Origin: an uncultured Clostridium sp.
GTDB taxonomy: Bacteria; Bacillota; Clostridia; TANB77; CAG-508
Reading direction: 5' to 3'
DNA: 64,000 bases
Assembly (NCBI GenBank): GCA_945919455.1
Contig: CAMEJH010000004.1
Coordinates: 17-64,016, forward strand
Part shown: positions 62,425 through 64,000 of the stretch, piece by piece
Layout: every line of letters begins with the position of its first letter
Position numbering within the stretch: position 1 is the first letter of the stretch
The notes under the pieces: model-generated
Told to the model about the DNA's origin: nothing
Database searches by the model: none
What the model saw: only the letters and a program-made list of their open reading frames with translations
Made by a program: the position numbers and the translations under genes

Positions 62425-64000
62425 TTAGGACTGTTCCTGTGGTAAACTTTCTTTTACTTCATTTTCCTTTTCTGTTATTTTTCTTTCTTTTTGTTTTGTT
62501 TTCAAATTATCCTTAGCAACAGTCATAAGAAGTTTAATCCTATTAGTTTGATTAGCCTCACTTGCACCTGGATCATAATCAACAGGTACAATGTTTGCAT
62601 CAGGATACATTTCTCTAATAGTTTTTATAACACCTTTTCCTACAACATGATTTGGCAAACATGCAAATGGTTGAACACATACAATATTGGGAATATCATT
62701 TTCCATATATTCAAGCATTTCTGCTGTTAAAAACCATCCTTCTCCAGTTTGATTTCCTGTAGACAATACGGATTTCACATTGTCTGCTAAGTGCCAGATA
62801 TTTGATGTTGGTAAATATCCTTTTTTAGATTTTTCTAAAGCTTTTCTTACATCTTTTTCAAATATATCTATTAAGCTTATTGCAGCTTTGAATAGCATTG
62901 CTTTTTTGTTATCATTTTTTAACATCTGGTTTGAAATTACTTTATTACTTGCAATAAATTTAATAAATCCTAAGAAGTCTGGAAGTACTACTTCTGCTCC
63001 TTCTTTTTCTAATAAGTTTGCAACAAAGTTGTTTCCAAATGGATGATATTTTATCAAAATTTCTCCAACTATTCCAACTCTTGGTTTCTCTATACCTGTC
63101 TTCCATTCTATTTTTTCAAAGTCTTCTACTATTTGATAAATGCTTTTTGAAATTTCTCTAGTTTTTCCATTTATAGTTAGATTTTTTGCTTTTTCCATCC
63201 ATTCATTAAATAGTTTTTCTGTTTCTCCATTATTCTTCTCATATGGTCTATTTTTATATAACATTTTTTGCAATAAATCTGCATAAACCATTCCTCTTAA
63301 TAGTTTTTCTACTAATGATAGTGTTAACTTAAATCCTGGATTTTTCTCCATTCCAACAACATTAAATGATATTACTGGTACTTGTTCAAAACCTGCATCT
63401 TTTAATGCTTTACGGATAAATCCTATATAGTTTGTTGCTCTACATCCTCCACCTGTTTGTGACATTATTAATGCTGTTTTATTTACATCATATTCTCCAC
63501 TTTCTAATGCTTCTATGAATTGTCCTGTTGTTATTATTGATGGATAACATGCATCATTGTTTACATATTTTAATCCTGTTTCTATTGTGTGTGGTGTACA
63601 CTCTCTTAATAATTTTGCTTTATATCCTTCGCTTTGTAATATTGGCTCTAAAAATTCAAAGTGTATTGGTGCCATTTGTGGGAATAGAACGGTATATTCT
63701 TTTTTCATTTCTTCTGTAAATGGTATTCTATTTAGTTCATATCTTCCTGTTGCTGTATTATCTTTCTTTTCATTCAAACGTTTATTTATACTTGCAAGTA
63801 ATGAACGTAAACGAATTCTTACAGCTCCTAAGTTATTTACTTCATCTATTTTGATTAATGTATACATTTTTCCGAAACTTGTTAAAATTTCTTCGACTTG
63901 GTCTGTTGTTACTGCATCAACACCACATCCAAATGAATTTATTTGTACCAATTCTAGGTTATCATGTCTTCCAACAAAATCTGCTGCTGCATATAATCTT
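62425..64000 (-). CDS. C-terminal part of an acyl-CoA dehydratase activase-related protein (BcrAD/BadFG fusion family, DUF2229-like region); 5' end outside window
   Basis: The frame stays open upstream of the track's TTG start to the window edge (...[30 protein letters not shown]). The SFGCG.DA motif is typical of this family. Confidence 0.65.
   Translation of the reverse strand, partial: RLYAAADFVGRHDNLELVQINSFGCGVDAVTTDQVEEILTSFGKMYTLIKIDEVNNLGAVRIRLRSLLASINKRLNEKKDNTATGRYELNRIPFTEEMKKEYTVLFPQMAPIHFEFLEPILQSEGYKAKLLRECTPHTIETGLKYVNNDACYPSIITTGQFIEALESGEYDVNKTALIMSQTGGGCRATNYIGFIRKALKDAGFEQVPVISFNVVGMEKNPGFKLTLSLVEKLLRGMVYADLLQKMLYKNRPYEKNNGETEKLFNEWMEKAKNLTINGKTREISKSIYQIVEDFEKIEWKTGIEKPRVGIVGEILIKYHPFGNNFVANLLEKEGAEVVLPDFLGFIKFIASNKVISNQMLKNDNKKAMLFKAAISLIDIFEKDVRKALEKSKKGYLPTSNIWHLADNVKSVLSTGNQTGEGWFLTAEMLEYMENDIPNIVCVQPFACLPNHVVGKGVIKTIREMYPDANIVPVDYDPGASEANQTNRIKLLMTVAKDNLKTKQKERKITEKENEVKESLPQEQS

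Overview
Very AT-rich chromosomal segment, judged by eye, from an endospore-forming Firmicute, probably Clostridia-like (spoVS, spoIIP, yabG, veg and whiA are present). The left ~6.7 kb is the right-hand end of an integrative element. It carries unknown cargo, a DnaB-like protein with a degenerate P-loop, an excisionase-type HTH and a tyrosine integrase. It ends about 300 bp before a 3' half of tRNA-Trp followed by a terminator. The rest is mostly minus-strand core genes: M23 peptidase, rqcH, peroxiredoxin, a two-component system with an appended HNH/ParB-like gene, Ca-type P-type ATPase, tRNA-Glu(CUC) and an FHA-FHA-ABC transporter. Further right are an ArsP_2-like exporter, Nudix, obg, trpS, hrcA-grpE-dnaK-dnaJ with two CIRCE operators, hemW, whiA, prmC, veg, yabG, nth, spoIIP, an MBL hydrolase, relA, recJ, recA, an orphan peptide-binding protein, spoVS and ymdB. 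Accessory-looking content: (1) a three-gene operon of a polytopic TraG/VirD4-like ATPase, a secreted alpha/beta hydrolase and an LPNAG-anchored acidic protein; (2) a 3152-aa N-terminally anchored modular beta-helix-type surface protein, followed by a 68-aa copy of its own N-terminus; (3) two Rpn-family nuclease genes, one frameshifted; (4) an ~80-bp MITE-like palindromic repeat in two inverted copies. The canonical DnaK C-terminal tail is encoded in the -1 frame relative to the rest of dnaK. No CRISPR array, rRNA or complete prophage was seen.
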